DNA of 63,974 bases, the filler included, from Chiloscyllium plagiosum (Eukaryota), in the NCBI RefSeq assembly GCF_004010195.1. It is 4 parts of one record of this genome, joined end to end, with 100 filler letters (N's around TTAATTAATTAA, not from the genome) between each part and the next. Parts side by side here need not be neighbours in the genome. Positions count along the whole stretch, not along the records: positions 21,462 to 46,023 come from NC_057716.1; 3 more parts are not named here. One strand, written 5' to 3'. The notes under the pieces are model-generated. The model was not told where the DNA came from and did not search any database. It saw only the letters and a program-made list of their open reading frames with translations. Of the stretch, positions 25,922 to 39,227 are shown piece after piece. Within the stretch, counting starts at the first letter, position 1. Each line of letters begins with the position of its first letter. The position numbers and the translations under genes are program-made.

Positions 25922-26100
25922 AAATTATCAGTAAAAGGACTATTCCAGGGAGGTGAGTGTATTCAAAGTATACAGTGACTAGCAGGATGTTGCTGGCTGC
26001 GCCCAGCATTTGCTACCCATCCCTAGTTACCATTGAGACGGTTGGGGTGAGCTGCCATCTTGAACCGCTGCAGTCCATGTGCTGCAGGTAGGCCCATAAT

Positions 26101-28207
26101 TCAGGTTGTACCTTTGCTCGCTGAGCTGGAATATTTGTTCTCAGATGCTTCATCACCACGCTAGGTAATATTATCAGTGAGCCTCCGGTGAAGTGCTGGT
26201 GTGTTATGTCCTGCTTTCTGTTTATGTGTCTTAGTCTGTTGCGGTGGATGATATCATTTCTGGTTCTTTTTCTCAGAGATTGGGAAATGGGGTCCAAGTC
26301 AATGTGTTTATTGTTGGAGTTCCAGTTTGAATGCCAGGCCTCTAGGAATTCCCCTGCCTGTCTCCGTTTAGCCTGTCCCAGGATGGTTGTGTTGTCCCAG
26401 TCGAAGTGGTGTCCTTCCTCATCTGTATGTAAGGGTAATGATAGTGGGTCATGTCTTTTGGTGGTGAGTTGGTGTTCATGTATCCTGTTGGCTAGTTTTC
26501 TGCATGTCTGTCTGATAATAGTTTAAAAATGTGTTGCTGGCAAAGCGCAGCAGGTCAGTGTCCATTATAGTCCTTACATGGTATTTTGTAAATCACATTC
26601 ATTTTGTTGGTTGTTTGTATAGAGCCCTTTTAGGTTCATCATTAAGTGTATTGACTACCATGTGTTTGTGGGCTACCATGACGTCAGAGTAACCTGGTAG
26701 TCATTTCTGAGATGTCATTGATGTATGGTAACGTGGCTAGAGTTTCTGGGTGCGTTGTGTCGGCTTGTTTGGGTTTGTTGTTTAGGGATCGGGGGACTGT
26801 GTTTATCGGGTACCCATTGCTCTTGAATACACTGTCTAGGTATTTTTCTTCCACTGAGCTGCTCGTAGTTTCTGGGCTGCAGTGTGTTGTGGTCCATTTA
26901 TCATTTCTGGTTCTTTTTCTCAGAGATTGGTAAACGGGGTCCAAGTCAATGTGTTTATTGTTGGAGTTCCAGTTTGAATGCCAGGCCTCTAGGAATTCCC
27001 CTGCCTGTCTCCGTTTAGCCTGTCCAAGGATGGATGTGTTGTCCCAGTCGAAGTGGTGTCCTTCCTCATCTGTATGTAAGGGTAGTGATAGTGGGTCATG
27101 TCTTTTGGTGGTGAGTTGGTGTTCATGTATCCTGTTGGCTAGTTTTCTGCATGTCAGTCTGATAATAGTTTAAAAATGTGTTCCTGGCAAAGCGCAGCAG
27201 GTCAGTGTCCGTTATAGTCCTTACGTGGTATTTTGTAAATCACATTCATTTTGTTGGTTGTTTGTATGGAGCACTTTTAGGTTCATCATTAAGTGTATTG
27301 ACTACCATGTGTTTGTGGGCTACCATGACGCCAAGATGTCAGAGTAACCTGGTAGTCATTTCTGAGATGTCACTGATGTATGGTAACGTGGCTAGAGTTT
27401 CTGGGTGCGTTGTGTCGGCTCGTTTGGGTTTGTTGTTTAGGGATCGGGGGACTGTGTTTATCGGGTACCCATTGCTCTTGAATACGCTGTCTAGGTATTT
27501 TTCTTCTACCGAGCTGCTCGTAGTCTCTGGGCTGCAGTGTGTTGTGGTCCGTTTAAATAATGTCCTGTTGCAGCTCTGTTTGTGGGGTGTTGGGATGATT
27601 GCTCCTGTAGTTGAGTATCTGGTCTGTGTGTTTGGCTTTCCTGTAGACACTGGTCTGCAGTTTGGGTTGGATCGTGGGGATGGCTGTTTGTTCAAGCGAT
27701 ACTGCTTCTGTTAAGAATCCCATGGGTGTCTCATTGATTTAACTGGAACTCCATCAATAAACACATCGATTTGGACTCCAATTACCAACTCCTCAGAGAA
27801 AGAACCGGTAGTGATATCATCCACCACAACAGACCAAGACACATAAATAGAAAGAGGGACATAACACCAGCACTTCACCAGAGGCTCACTGATGATGTTA
27901 GGAGAAAGTGAGGACTGCAGATGCTGGAGATCAGAGTCGAGAGGGTGGTGTTGGAAAAGCACAGCTGGTTAGGCAGCATCCAAGGAGCAGGAAAATCAAT
28001 GTTTCAGGCGATTCGGCCGTTTCCTGACAAAGCGCTTATGCCCAAAACGTCGATTCTCTTGCTCCTCGGATGCTGCCTGACCTGCTGTGCTTTTCCAGCA
28101 CCACACTCTCATCACTGAAGATGTTACTTAGCATGGGGACGAGAACAAACCTTCCAGCTCAGCAAGCAAACTTACAACCTGAACCTCAACTTGAGCTACC
28201 AAAAATT
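26101..28207 (-). mobile_element. Penelope-like element: RT C-terminus/linker plus GIY-YIG remnant, ~650-bp internal tandem duplication, inverted pseudo-LTR, 13-bp TSD
   Basis: HKQSCNRTLFKR...SVFKSNGYP...LPYISDISE; YKIPCKD...RIHEH...GHHFDWDN...EFLEAW; same terminal sequence inverted at 27714-27900/28113-28207; TSD GTAGGCCCA(T/C)AAT at 26088-26100 and 28208-28220. Confidence 0.88.
27901..28111. mobile_element. Fold-back family-A element nested in the hammerhead core of the Penelope pLTR
   Basis: TSD TCACTGA(T/A)GATGTTA at 27886-27900 and 28112-28126. Confidence 0.8.
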
Positions 28208-28859
28208 GTAGGCCCACAATGCCCTTAGGGAGGGAATTCCAGGATTCCGACTCAGCGGCACTGAAGGAATGGCGATATATTTCCAAGTCAAGATAGTGAG
28301 TGGTTTTGAAGGCAACTTGCAAGGGGTGGTGTTCCCATGTATCTGCTGCCCTTGTCCTTCTGGATGGAAGTGGGCATGGGTTTGGAAGGTGCTGTCTGAG
28401 GAGCCCTGGTGAGCTTTAGCTGAGCTAAAGTAGTTAACAGTAACAGACAGAAGTTACTGGAAAACCTCAGCAGGTCTGGCAGCATCTGTGGGGAGAAAAC
28501 AGAGTAAACGTTTCAAGTCCAGTGGCCCTTTTTCAGAACTGCTGAACCCAGAGCCCCAGTTAACGTTCTGGGGGACCCGGGTTTGAATCCCGCCACGGCA
28601 GATGGTGGAATTTGACTTCAATAAATATCTGGAATTAAGAGTCTAATGATGACCATGGATCCCTTGTCAGGAAAAAACCCATGTGGTTCACTAATGTCCT
28701 TTGGGGAAGGAAACTGTCATCTTTACCTGGTTTGGCCTACATGTGACTCCTCTGGGCAATTAAGGATGGGCAATAAATGCTGACCTATCCAGAGACACCC
28801 TCATCCCGTGAATGAATTTTAAAAATTGCTCCCCCACACGCTATTAGAGCTTCAACCAA

Positions 28860-29272
28860 TATGACCACACGTCCATCTCCAACACTCCAAGGAATACAGC
28901 CCCAGCTCCAGCCGGTAAGATATTAATTGGGGGTATAGATTTAGTGCAGTTTTGACAGTAGCAGCTCGATTCAAGATGCGCCGCAGAAATTCACCAAACA
29001 TCCTTAGACAGCACCTTCCAAACCCACGACCACTTCCATCTCGAAGGACAAGGGCAGCAGGTACATGGGAATACCACACCCTGCAAGTTCCCCTCCAAGC
29101 CCCTCACCATCCTGACTGTGTTTCTTCAGAGTCGTTGGGTCAAAATCCCAGAATTCCCTCCCTCAGGACATTGTGGGTCAACCCACAAGTGGATTGCAGC
29201 GGTTCAAGAAGGCAGCTCACCCCCACCTTCTCAAGGGGAAACTAGAGACGGGCTATCAATGCTGGCCAGCCA
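28860..29272 (+). mobile_element. L2/CR1-group LINE 3' end sharing its tail with the second SINE family
   Basis: ...LRQHLPNPRPLPSRRTR...GLQRFKKAAHPHLLKG then a decayed GGGCAATAAATGCTGGCC tail; similar pieces at ~20030-20190 and 25985-26100/28208-28410. Confidence 0.65.
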
Positions 29273-29987
29273 ACAATGTCCAAACGAATTTAAAGAAAGG
29301 GCCACAGAACCAGTTCCGTCCTGTACGATTCTATTTGCATGGAAAGAAATATTTTATTCCAAGTCAGAAAGACCAAGTGTGAGAGTCAGTGTTGACCCAC
29401 TCTCCATCCACAACACACGATAATCCCAGACATGGGAATGTCAGAGTTGGGAGCTGAAGTTTGGCCAGTGACCCCGCCCTGACCCTGTCTGATTGTTAAA
29501 ATGACGTGCAAGTGAAGCAAGGGTAATGGGAGGAAAACGCTCTCTACCCAGCGAGTAGTTAGGGTCTGGGATACGCTGCCTGGAAATGTGGGGGAGGGAA
29601 CTTCAATTGGGGCATTGGATGGTTATTGAGGAACTACGTCCTGACACAAAGTGGGAGTGGGAATCCAGAACTCCATCTCCCATGGCCAATCCACCTAACT
29701 TGCACATCTTTGGAATGTGGGAGGAAACCAGAGCACCAGGCAGACACAGGGCGAATGTGTAAACTCCACACAGACAGTGTCCAAGAGTGGAATCAAACCC
29801 AGCACCTTGGCGCTATGAGGTGGCAGTGCTAACCACTGAGCCACCATGCCCAACACTGCTTCTCTTCCTCCCCACCCCTGTACCCAGCTAGCAATGCTCA
29901 TATCCCAAGAGTGCATAAAACAAAACCGAGGCCACAGAAAGAAGGAGGACGAGTGGAGCCAGGGAACGAGGAGGGAGAAGCTATGTT

Positions 29988-30307
29988 TGGCACGGTGGCT
30001 CAGTGGTTAGCACTGCTGCCTCACAGCACCAGGGACCCAGGTTCAATTCCCGTCTCAGGCGACTCTCTGTGTGGAGTTTGCACATTCTCCCCGTGTCTGT
30101 GTGGGTTTCCTCTGGGTGCTCCGGTTTCCTCCCACAATCCAAAAATGTGCAGGTTAGGTGAATTGACCATGCTAAATTGTCCGTAGTGTTAGGTGAAGCG
30201 GTAAGTGTAGGAGTATGGGTCTGGGTGGTATACGCTTCGGCGGGTCGGTGTGGACTTGTTGGGCCGAAGGGCCTGTTTCCACACTGTAAGTAATCTAATC
30301 TAATCTA
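29988..30307 (+). mobile_element. HE1-type V-SINE. Further copies: 29680-29850(-), 31276-31572(-), 37867-38133(+), 38773-39046(+), 42335-42668(-)
   Basis: Full head, V-domain and TAATC tail. Confidence 0.92.
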
Positions 30308-33300
30308 AAAAAACTCCAACTCCCTGTCAAAGCCAGGGTGGGGGGGGGGGGCAACAGAAAATTTCAAAATCAGATTCACAGATTTTTTTTCAGAGCCTTT
30401 AAGGGCCAAAATGTACTTTAGATTTGGCGTCAACTTACCAAAAAGACAGATTTGAGGGGTTCAGGAAGCATTTGAGAGGGGCACTGGATGAATATTTGGA
30501 TAGCAATGGTGTGCAGGGATTATGGGGGAAAAAGGCAGGACATTGGCTTGAGGGAACAGAATTGGCACAGGCAGGATGGGCTGAATGGCCGCCTCCTGTT
30601 CCCTTGTCCTCCCCCAGCTTTGATGTGGAGGTATCGGTGTTGGAATGGAGTGGACGAGGTCAGAAGTCACATGTCGCCAGGTTACAGTAAAACAGGTTTA
30701 TTTGAAATCACAAGCTTTCAGAGTGACAAAGAGGCAGCACTCAAAAAGTTTGTGCTTTCAGATAAACCTGTCAGACTATAACCTGGTGTCATGGGACTTT
30801 TCTCTCTCCCCAGTGTGCCTGCATTAAGAATGAATTGAGCTGCGTTTCACATCTCTCCCCCTGCCCCCTCTCCCCGTGAGACACTTTCATTGGTTTTACT
30901 GCCAGGAGCAGCCTTATATAAAACCAACAGGTTCCTGGGGAGGCAACACTGACTTTACTGCTTCCTGCAAGGGTTTAAAAAGAGGAGCAGCATAATATTT
31001 ACTGAAAACTAAGGGTTAGCAATTTGCCAGAGAGGTTTGAAGTCAGATATTCAAAAATCATGTAGAGAATGAGATAGACAGTATCCCTGGATACATGTGG
31101 AGATTGTGGTGGAATTCAGGAACGTGGTTTTGGAAGGGGCTGTTATATTAAAGTTGAGGCCAATACTCCAATAGTATCATTTCACTGGACCAGATCCATC
31201 CAATTCATTGAAACAGCAATCCTTGTTCATACCTTCCATTACCTTGCCAGTCACTGGGTTGGTGATGGGGGTGTTAGATTAGATTAGACTCCCTACAGCA
31301 TGGAACCAAGCCCATCGGCCCAACAACTCCACACCAACTCTCCAAAGAGTTACCCACTCAAACTCATTCCCCCAATATGGGCAATTTAGCATGGCCAATT
31401 CACCTGACCTGCACATCTTTGGACTGTGGGAGGAAACCGGAGCACCCGAAGGAAACCCACGCAGACACGGGGAGAATGTGCAAACCCCACACAGACAGTT
31501 GCCCTGAGGTGGGAATTGAACCCAAGACCCTGGTGTTGTGAGGCAGCAGTGCTAACCACTGAGCCACTGTGCACCCACCCCGGTGGCATATGTCTATTGT
31601 AGTGACTGTCACTGGGCTGGGCACCCAAAATCTTCAGCTCACCCCTGCACGTGCTCAGTTCCTGCTTCAACTCAACAAAATAGGTGACAGACATTCACAA
31701 AATGATTTCTCAAAGCAATGCCTCAATCAGTTATGCTGCCTGTTTTTAAATTTAAACCAAGCTTGGAAATTAACTGTCTCACATCATTAACTGGTGCGTC
31801 ACCCATGGCAACACCTCTATTAGTCTCTACTTGCCAAACCATCAGCACTCTCCACTCATGCATTATATGTACCGGATTTTCCTTTGAAATGGATATGCTT
31901 GCACACTGACTACAGAAACACAAGTCAAAAAGATTTGGCAAAGTGAAGTATTTTTAAGCACTATTCCACGATCTACGACCAAACCTTTCACGCGTCTAAA
32001 CCCTTACAGGCTGTCCCCGAATAATTGGGATCATGGAGGGGACAGCGAGGTTGAGAAGTGACCAGCTGAGAGTTTCACTCATAAGTCTGTCTTTGTTCCG
32101 CACTCGCCTCTACTCCACTCATATACTCAATAAAAAAAAAGGCCATTCAGCCCCTCAAATCTATTCCACTGCCGACCCACACACAGTTTAGAAGACACTG
32201 AAGGTTGGAAATCATAGTTTAGAAGAGTGAAGTATATACGATCCAGGTGGACAGTGGAATCGCTTCAGGGATATCTTCAAGGCCTCACTGGCAAAATTCC
32301 CACCTGGGAATCATGGGCCCAAAATGAAGGAGCAGCATCTGGGAAGGTGTCGAGTATCGGGAGACTTGCCATTGGGAAAAAGCAGAAGCCGGGGATAACA
32401 GAGAAAGGAGTGGTCCGCCTCACCAATGTCCCAACCACCCCTTTCCCGTGACCACCATCCACCCCAAGTGGAACAGAGTCTGTGGGAACCCCACTGGTCT
32501 ATACAGCCACCTGAAGACTCACTCTGAGAGTCACCCTCATCTGTGAGGGACCACCAATGGTGATACAATCCTCAACTGCCTTCACCATGTGGACATGGGA
32601 AGGGTGTTTCCTCTTGTGTGTCAGTCCAGGGCTAGTTAGAAAATTAGGTGTCACCCTTTCAGAGCAGAGATGAGGAGAATTTATTTTCTCTCACAACTGT
32701 ATCGGAAAGCTTGGAGACAAGGTCATTGAGTATTTTTAAGACAGAAGTGAATGGATATCTGTTGACACAGACCCTCAAAGATTATTGAGGGGAGACGGGA
32801 ATTAGTGAGTTTTGAGTGTAATTGTGTACGGGAATGTGTAATTTAGAATAAACAGATCAGCCATGGTGATCCTGTTGAATGATGAAGCAGGAAGGCCTGT
32901 TCTTGCCCCTAAGTTGTATGTTTATATGTATGAAGTGTTAGGAACATAGCAATAGGAGGTAAACTGTTCAAACTTATTTGGCCAGTCACCAAAATTAAAT
33001 ATCAAATTCATTCACTGTGGTCATATTCCTACCTACCCTGCGCTGGAATAAAATCTGAATTCTTTTACATTCATTCATTGGGTATGGATGTCGCTGGCTG
33101 GGCTAGCATTTATTAACTACTCTCTGAGCAATTCGAGATGGGTAAGAGTCAAGAGTGTGGAGTCCAGCCAAGGATGACAGATTTCCTTCCCCAAAGGATA
33201 TTTGTTGGCAAACACTATTCCATTTATTCACATTCTCCTTCCCAATTTCATAAAATCAGACACTTCAGGAGGTAGCAATGAGGAACAAGTGTAGGCCATT

Positions 33301-33965
33301 CAGCCTATTAAGCCTGCCCTGCCATTCTAGATCAAGGCTGACCACCTACCTCAATGCCATTTTCCTTCACTTGTACCCTACCCCTCGATCTCATTAATAT
33401 CTATAATTCCGAGAAATCTCTGTTTTGAACATACACACAGGCTGAGCTTCCTCAACCCTCTGAGGTAGAGAAATACCCAAAATTCACCACTCCCTGAGTG
33501 AACATGTCCCTCACGGCCATCGTAAAAAGGCTTGCCCCCTTACTCTGAAAATGTATCCCCTGTTTCTGGAGCTCCCCCCATCACGGCTGGAAACATTTGG
33601 GCCATCAGCTGTGTGCTAGCTCACGAGTCCCCCTCCCCCGTACTCTCGGAGTATAATCCAGACGCTCACCACTCACTGCAGTAAAATATCTTCCTCATCT
33701 CACACCAATGGGAGCCATCCCTCTTCCTCCGCACCATCCGGGTGCCTCGGGCATTTGAACGCCTCCATCACATTCCCCTCTGCCTTCTCTCCTCTGAAGA
33801 GGACAGTACCAGCTTCTCCAACTTACCTGTGCAAGTGAAGTCTCTCTACCCCAAAGTGCTGTAAACCTTCTCGACACAATGTCTAAAACCGCAGCATTCT
33901 TCCTGAGGTATGGTAGACAGAATGGGTCCCAATACTGAGGCTAGGCCTGCGTGTTTTTATCCAGG

Positions 33966-34081
33966 TAAAAACAATGACTGCAGATGCTGGAAACCAGATT
34001 CTGGATTAGTGGTGCTGGAACAGCACAGCAGTTCAGGCAGCATCCAAGGAGCAGTAAAATCGATGTTTTGGGCAAAAGCCC
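33966..34081 (-). mobile_element. Family-A short element with perfect 14-bp TSD
   Basis: TSD TGTTTTTATCCAGG at 33952-33965 and 34082-34095; element is truncated at hammerhead stem II. Confidence 0.8.
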
Positions 34082-35149
34082 TGTTTTTATCCAGGGTTTC
34101 TCTCAATGGCTTGCTTTTGTACTTGATGTCCCAACTTGTAAAGGCCACATTCCAGTCTTACCTTATTAACCCTTTTCTCAGCCCATCCTACCAACTTGTG
34201 CTAATGGTGTGCGAATAGAACCAGGTCCCTCTGTTTACCGCACTCTGTTGAGAATTTGCCTTCTTTATTTTACGTTGTCTCTCCCACAAAAAAAACAGTA
34301 AACTTCATTTGCCACATGTTTAGCCCTTCAGCCTATCGATGCTCTGCCATTCAAATGAGGTCATGGCTGAATTTATAATCCTGACGTCTATCAGTAGAGT
34401 CATAGAGCTGTATAGACCGCAAACAGACCCTTCGGTCCAGCTCAACCAAATATCCTAACCTAATCAAGTCCCATTTTCCAGCACCCGGCCCATATCCCTC
34501 CAAACACTTCCTACTCATTCAGACGCCTTTTAAATGCTGTAATTATACCAGCCTCCACCACTTCCTCTGGCAGCTCATTCGGTACATGCACCACCCTTTG
34601 TGTGAAAAGGTTGCCACTTGAGTCCCTTTTAAGTCTTTCCCCTCTGACCTTAAACCTATGCCCTCTGATTTTGGACCCCCCCCCCAGAGAAAAGACCTCG
34701 TATATTTACCCTATCCAAACTCCTCTTAATTTTATAAACTTCTATAAGGCCACTCCTCAGCCCCTGACACTCCTGGGAAAATAGCCCCAGCCTATTTAGC
34801 CTCCCCCTATAGCTCAAACGTAACTGTTCACAATGCTCGTAGGCTTTGTGTTGTCAAATAAAAGGTTAACTACACATTTTCTTTCAGAATAGCTGCTGAG
34901 TGTGAGTGTAAGGAATATATCATAGTGGTGCCAGATCAAGTGGAAGTGCAGCTGGAGCGAGTGGGTTCCAGAGATTTCCTCTCTGACCACTGCTTTGAAA
35001 CAGCGAGATGGATTAATGGTTCCTGATGTTCAGTGATATAGTTGTGGTCAACCTTCTGACAGAAACCCAAACTCAATCTTCTTCCATATGTTGTCGGAGA
35101 TTATTAACTTGCAAAGAAAAAAAAAACTATTTGCTTGCACTTTCAAAGA

Positions 35150-37400
35150 AGAAAGAAAATTACAGCACAGGAACAGGTCCTTCGGCCCTCCAGGCCTGTG
35201 CTGATCCAGATCCTGTATCTAAACCTGTCTCCTATTTTCTAAGGATCTGTATCCCTCTGCTCCCTGTCCATTCATGCATCTGTCCAGATACATGTTAAAT
35301 GATGCTGTCATTCCTGCCCCTACCACCACTGACAACACGTTCCAGTCACCCAACACTCTCTGCGTAAAGACCTTTCCCTTATCTCCCTTAAACTATTCCC
35401 CTTTTACTTTGAAGTTGTGACCTCTAGTAATTGAGTCCCCCACTCTCGGAAAAAGCTTCTTGCTATCCACCCGGTCTATACCTGTCATGATTTTGTAGAC
35501 CTCAATCAGGTCCCCCCCTCAACCTCCGACTTTCTAATGAAAATAATCCTAATCTACTCAACCTCTCTTCATAGCTAGCACCCTCCATACCAGGCAACAT
35601 CCTGGTGAACCTCCTTTGCACCCTCTCCAAAACATCCATATCCTTTTGGTAATGCGGCGACCAGAATTGTACGCAGTATTCCAAATGTGGCCAAACCAAA
35701 GTCTTATCCAACTGTAACATGACCCTTCAACTCATGTACTCAATACCCCGTTCAATGAAGGAAAGCATGCCGTATGCCTTCTTGACCACTCTCCTGACCT
35801 TCAGGGTACAATGGGCCTGAACACCCAGATCTCTCTCTACATCAGTTTTCCCCAGGGCTTTTCCATTTACTGTCTGTTTCGCTCTTGAATTGGATCTTCC
35901 AAAATGCATCACCTCGCATTTGCCCGGATTGAACTCCATCTGCCATTTCTCTGCCCAACTCGCCAATCTATCTATATTCTACTGTATTCTCTGACAGTCC
36001 CCTTCACTATCTGCTACTCCAGCAATCTTAGTGTCATCTGCAAACTTGCTAATCAGACCACCTCTACCTCCCTCCAAATCATTTATGTATATCACAAACA
36101 ACAGTGGTCCCAGCACGGATCCCTGAGGGACACCACTGATCACAGTTCTCATTTTGAGAAACTCCCTTCCACTACTACTCTCTGTCTGCTGTTGCTCAAG
36201 CAGTTCTTTATCCACCTAGCTAGTACACCCTGGACCCCATGCAACGTCACTTTCTTCATCAGCCTACCATGAGGGACCTTATCAATTGCCTTACTGATGT
36301 CCACGTTTATGACATCTATAGCCCTTCCCTCATCAATCAAACTTGTCAATTGCTCAAAGAATTCTATTAAGTTGGTAAGACATGACCTTCCCTGCATAAT
36401 ACCTATCACTGAAAAACCCATTTTCTTTCAAATGGGAATAGATCCTATCCCTCAGTATCTTCTCCAGCAGCTTCCCTACCACTGTGACATCAAGCTCACA
36501 GGTCTGTAATTACTTGGACTATCCCTGCTACCCTTCTTAAACAAGGGGATAACATTAGCAATTCTTCAGCTCTCCAGGACCTCACCTGTGTTCAAGGATG
36601 CCACAAAGATATCTGTTAAGGCCCCAGCTATTTCCTTTCTGGCTTCCCTCAGAAACCCGGGATATATCCCATCCGGACCTGGGTACTTGTCTACCTTAAT
36701 GCCTCTTAGAATACCGAACACTTCCTCCCTCCTCATGCCAATCTACAGTAATCAAACAACATCCGTCATGTCCCTCTCCTCGGTAAATACTGATGCAAAG
36801 TACTCATTAAGAATCTCACCCATTTTCTTTGACTCCACAAATAACTTTCCTCCTTTGTCCTTGAGTGGACAAAGGAGGAAAGTTGTCCTTCCTGAAGAAG
36901 GGCCTGTGCCCGAAACGTCGAATCTCCTGTTCCCTGGATGCTGCCTGACCTGCTGTGCTGTTCCAGCAATAAAGTTTCAACTTTGATCTCCAGCATCTGC
37001 AGACCTCACTTTCTCCTTGAGTGGGCCAACCCTTTCTCTCGTGACCCTCTTGCTCCTTATATATAAAATAACGGGCTTTGGGGTTTTCCTTAGCCCTGTT
37101 TGCTAAAGATATCTCATGGCCCCTTTCAGCCCTCTTAATTCCTCATTTCAGATTGGCCCTATTGTCCTGATATTTTTCCAAAGCTTCGTCTGTCTTCAGT
37201 CGCCTAGACCTTATGTATGCTTCCTTTTTCCTCTGTCACCCGTCATCCATGGTTCCCTAATCTTGCCATTTCTATCCCTCATTTTCACAGGGAGAGGTCT
37301 GTCCTGCACGATAATCAACCTCTATTTAAAATCCTCCCACACAGCAAATGTGGATTCACTTTCAAACAACTGCTCCCAATCTACATTCCCCAGCTCCTGC
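35150..37400 (-). mobile_element. CR1 LINE (decayed RT), interrupted at 36869-37013
   Basis: [41 protein letters not shown] in broken frames. Confidence 0.92.
36889..36922 (+). ncRNA. Hammerhead motif family A, intact
   Basis: TTC-CTGAAGA-A-GGGC(CTGT)GCCC-GAAA-CGTC-GAA: stem I TTC/GAA, stem II 4 bp, GUC site. Confidence 0.8.
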
Positions 37401-39227
37401 TGAATTTTTGTTTTTTTCCCTCTTAACTTGTTAACTTGCTTGTCTAATTTCTTGTGGTTGTGGTAATGGAATTCCATATTTTAGTCATAGAGTCATAGAG
37501 ATGTACAGCATGGAAACAGACCCTTCGGTCCAACCTGTCCATGTTCCCCTCTCACCCTAAACCTATGCCCTCTAGTTCTGGACTCCCCGACCCCAGGGAA
37601 AAGACTTTGTCTATTTATCCTATCCATGCCCCTCATAATTTTGTAAACCTCTATAAGGTCACCCCTCAGCCTCTGACGCTCCAGGGAAAACAGCCCCAGC
37701 CTGTTCAGCCTCTCCGTATAGCTCTCCAACCCTGGCAACATCCTTGTAAATCTTTTCTGAATACATCCTATATGAATATTTCTTTGCTACCTCCTATGCA
37801 ATTTTAGTTATTATTCTGAATCAAGGCTTTCTTCATGCCAATATTTATCTGTCAGTATCTCACCAACACGGTGGCTCAGTGGTTAGCCCTGCTGACTCAC
37901 AGGACCTGGGTTCAATTCCACCCTCTGTCTGTGTGGAGTTTGCACATTCTCCCCGGGTCTGCGTGGGTTTCCTCCCACAGTCCAAAGATGTGCAAGTTCG
38001 GGTGGACAGACCATGCTACATTGTCCAGGGATGTGCAGGCTAGGTGGGTTAACAATGGGAAATGCAGGGTTTCAGGGATGGGGTAGGTTGGATTGGGCTG
38101 AATGGCCTGCGTCCATGCTGTGGGGATTCTATGATTTACTTTTCAATATCCCTCAATTTTTTTTAAGACATCAAGATTATGAATTTGCATTTCTAAAGAT
38201 AAGTTTCCTTTGCCAATGAGATGCATTTATTTGTACTTATCTCTGTATTTGTTTCAAATGTGCATCAGTTCATTCTTGGCAGTTAACTGTGTCTGCCACT
38301 ACCTACTACTCCACTCAATTATCGATAGTTGGAGCGTTGGAGGCTGAGGGGTGACCTTATAGAGATTTATAAAATCATGAGGGACATGGAGAGGATAAAT
38401 AGACAAAGTCATTTCCCACAGGGTGAGAGGAGTCCAGAACTAGAGAGTTCAGGTTCAGGGTGAGAGGGGAAAGATTTAAAAGAGATCTAAAGGGCAACTT
38501 TTTCACGCTGAGGGTGGTGCATGTATGGAATGAGCTGCCAGAAGAAGTGGTGGAGGCTGGTACAATTACAACATTTAAAAGGCATCTGGGTGGGTACATG
38601 AATAGGAAGGGTTTAAGAGGGATATGGGCCAAATGCTGGCAAATGGGACTATGTCAGATCGGGATGTCTGGTGGGCATGGACAAGTTGGACTGAAGGGTC
38701 TATTTCCATGGGGTTTGACTCTATGAATAGTCCTAACTTCAATGTAACCATCCACCAGTCTGAAAAACAACGGGCAGCACAGTGGTTAGCACTGCTGCCT
38801 CACAGCGCCAGAGACCCGGGTTCAATTCCCGCCTCAGGCAACTGCCTGTGTGGAGTTTGCACATTCTCCCCGTGTCTGCGCGGGTTTCCCCCCACAATCC
38901 AAAGATGCGCAGGTCAGGCGAGTTGGCTAAATTGCCCGTAGGTGAAGGGATAAATGTAGGGGGATGGGTCTGGGTGGGTTGCTCTTTGGAGGGTCGGTGT
39001 GGACTTGTTGAGCTGAAGGGCCTGTTTCCACACTGTAAGTAATCTAAAAGAAAACATTCACCAACAGTTTCCATCTCCAGTCACTAGATCAGTGCTGCCA
39101 CTATCCACTTTATTCCGTGGGCTTTAAACTTGTTGATGACCTTGTTATACAATACCTTGTCAACCATCTTTGGAAAGTCCATGTACACCACATCAACCAC
39201 ATTACCCTCATCAACCCTCTCTATTAC

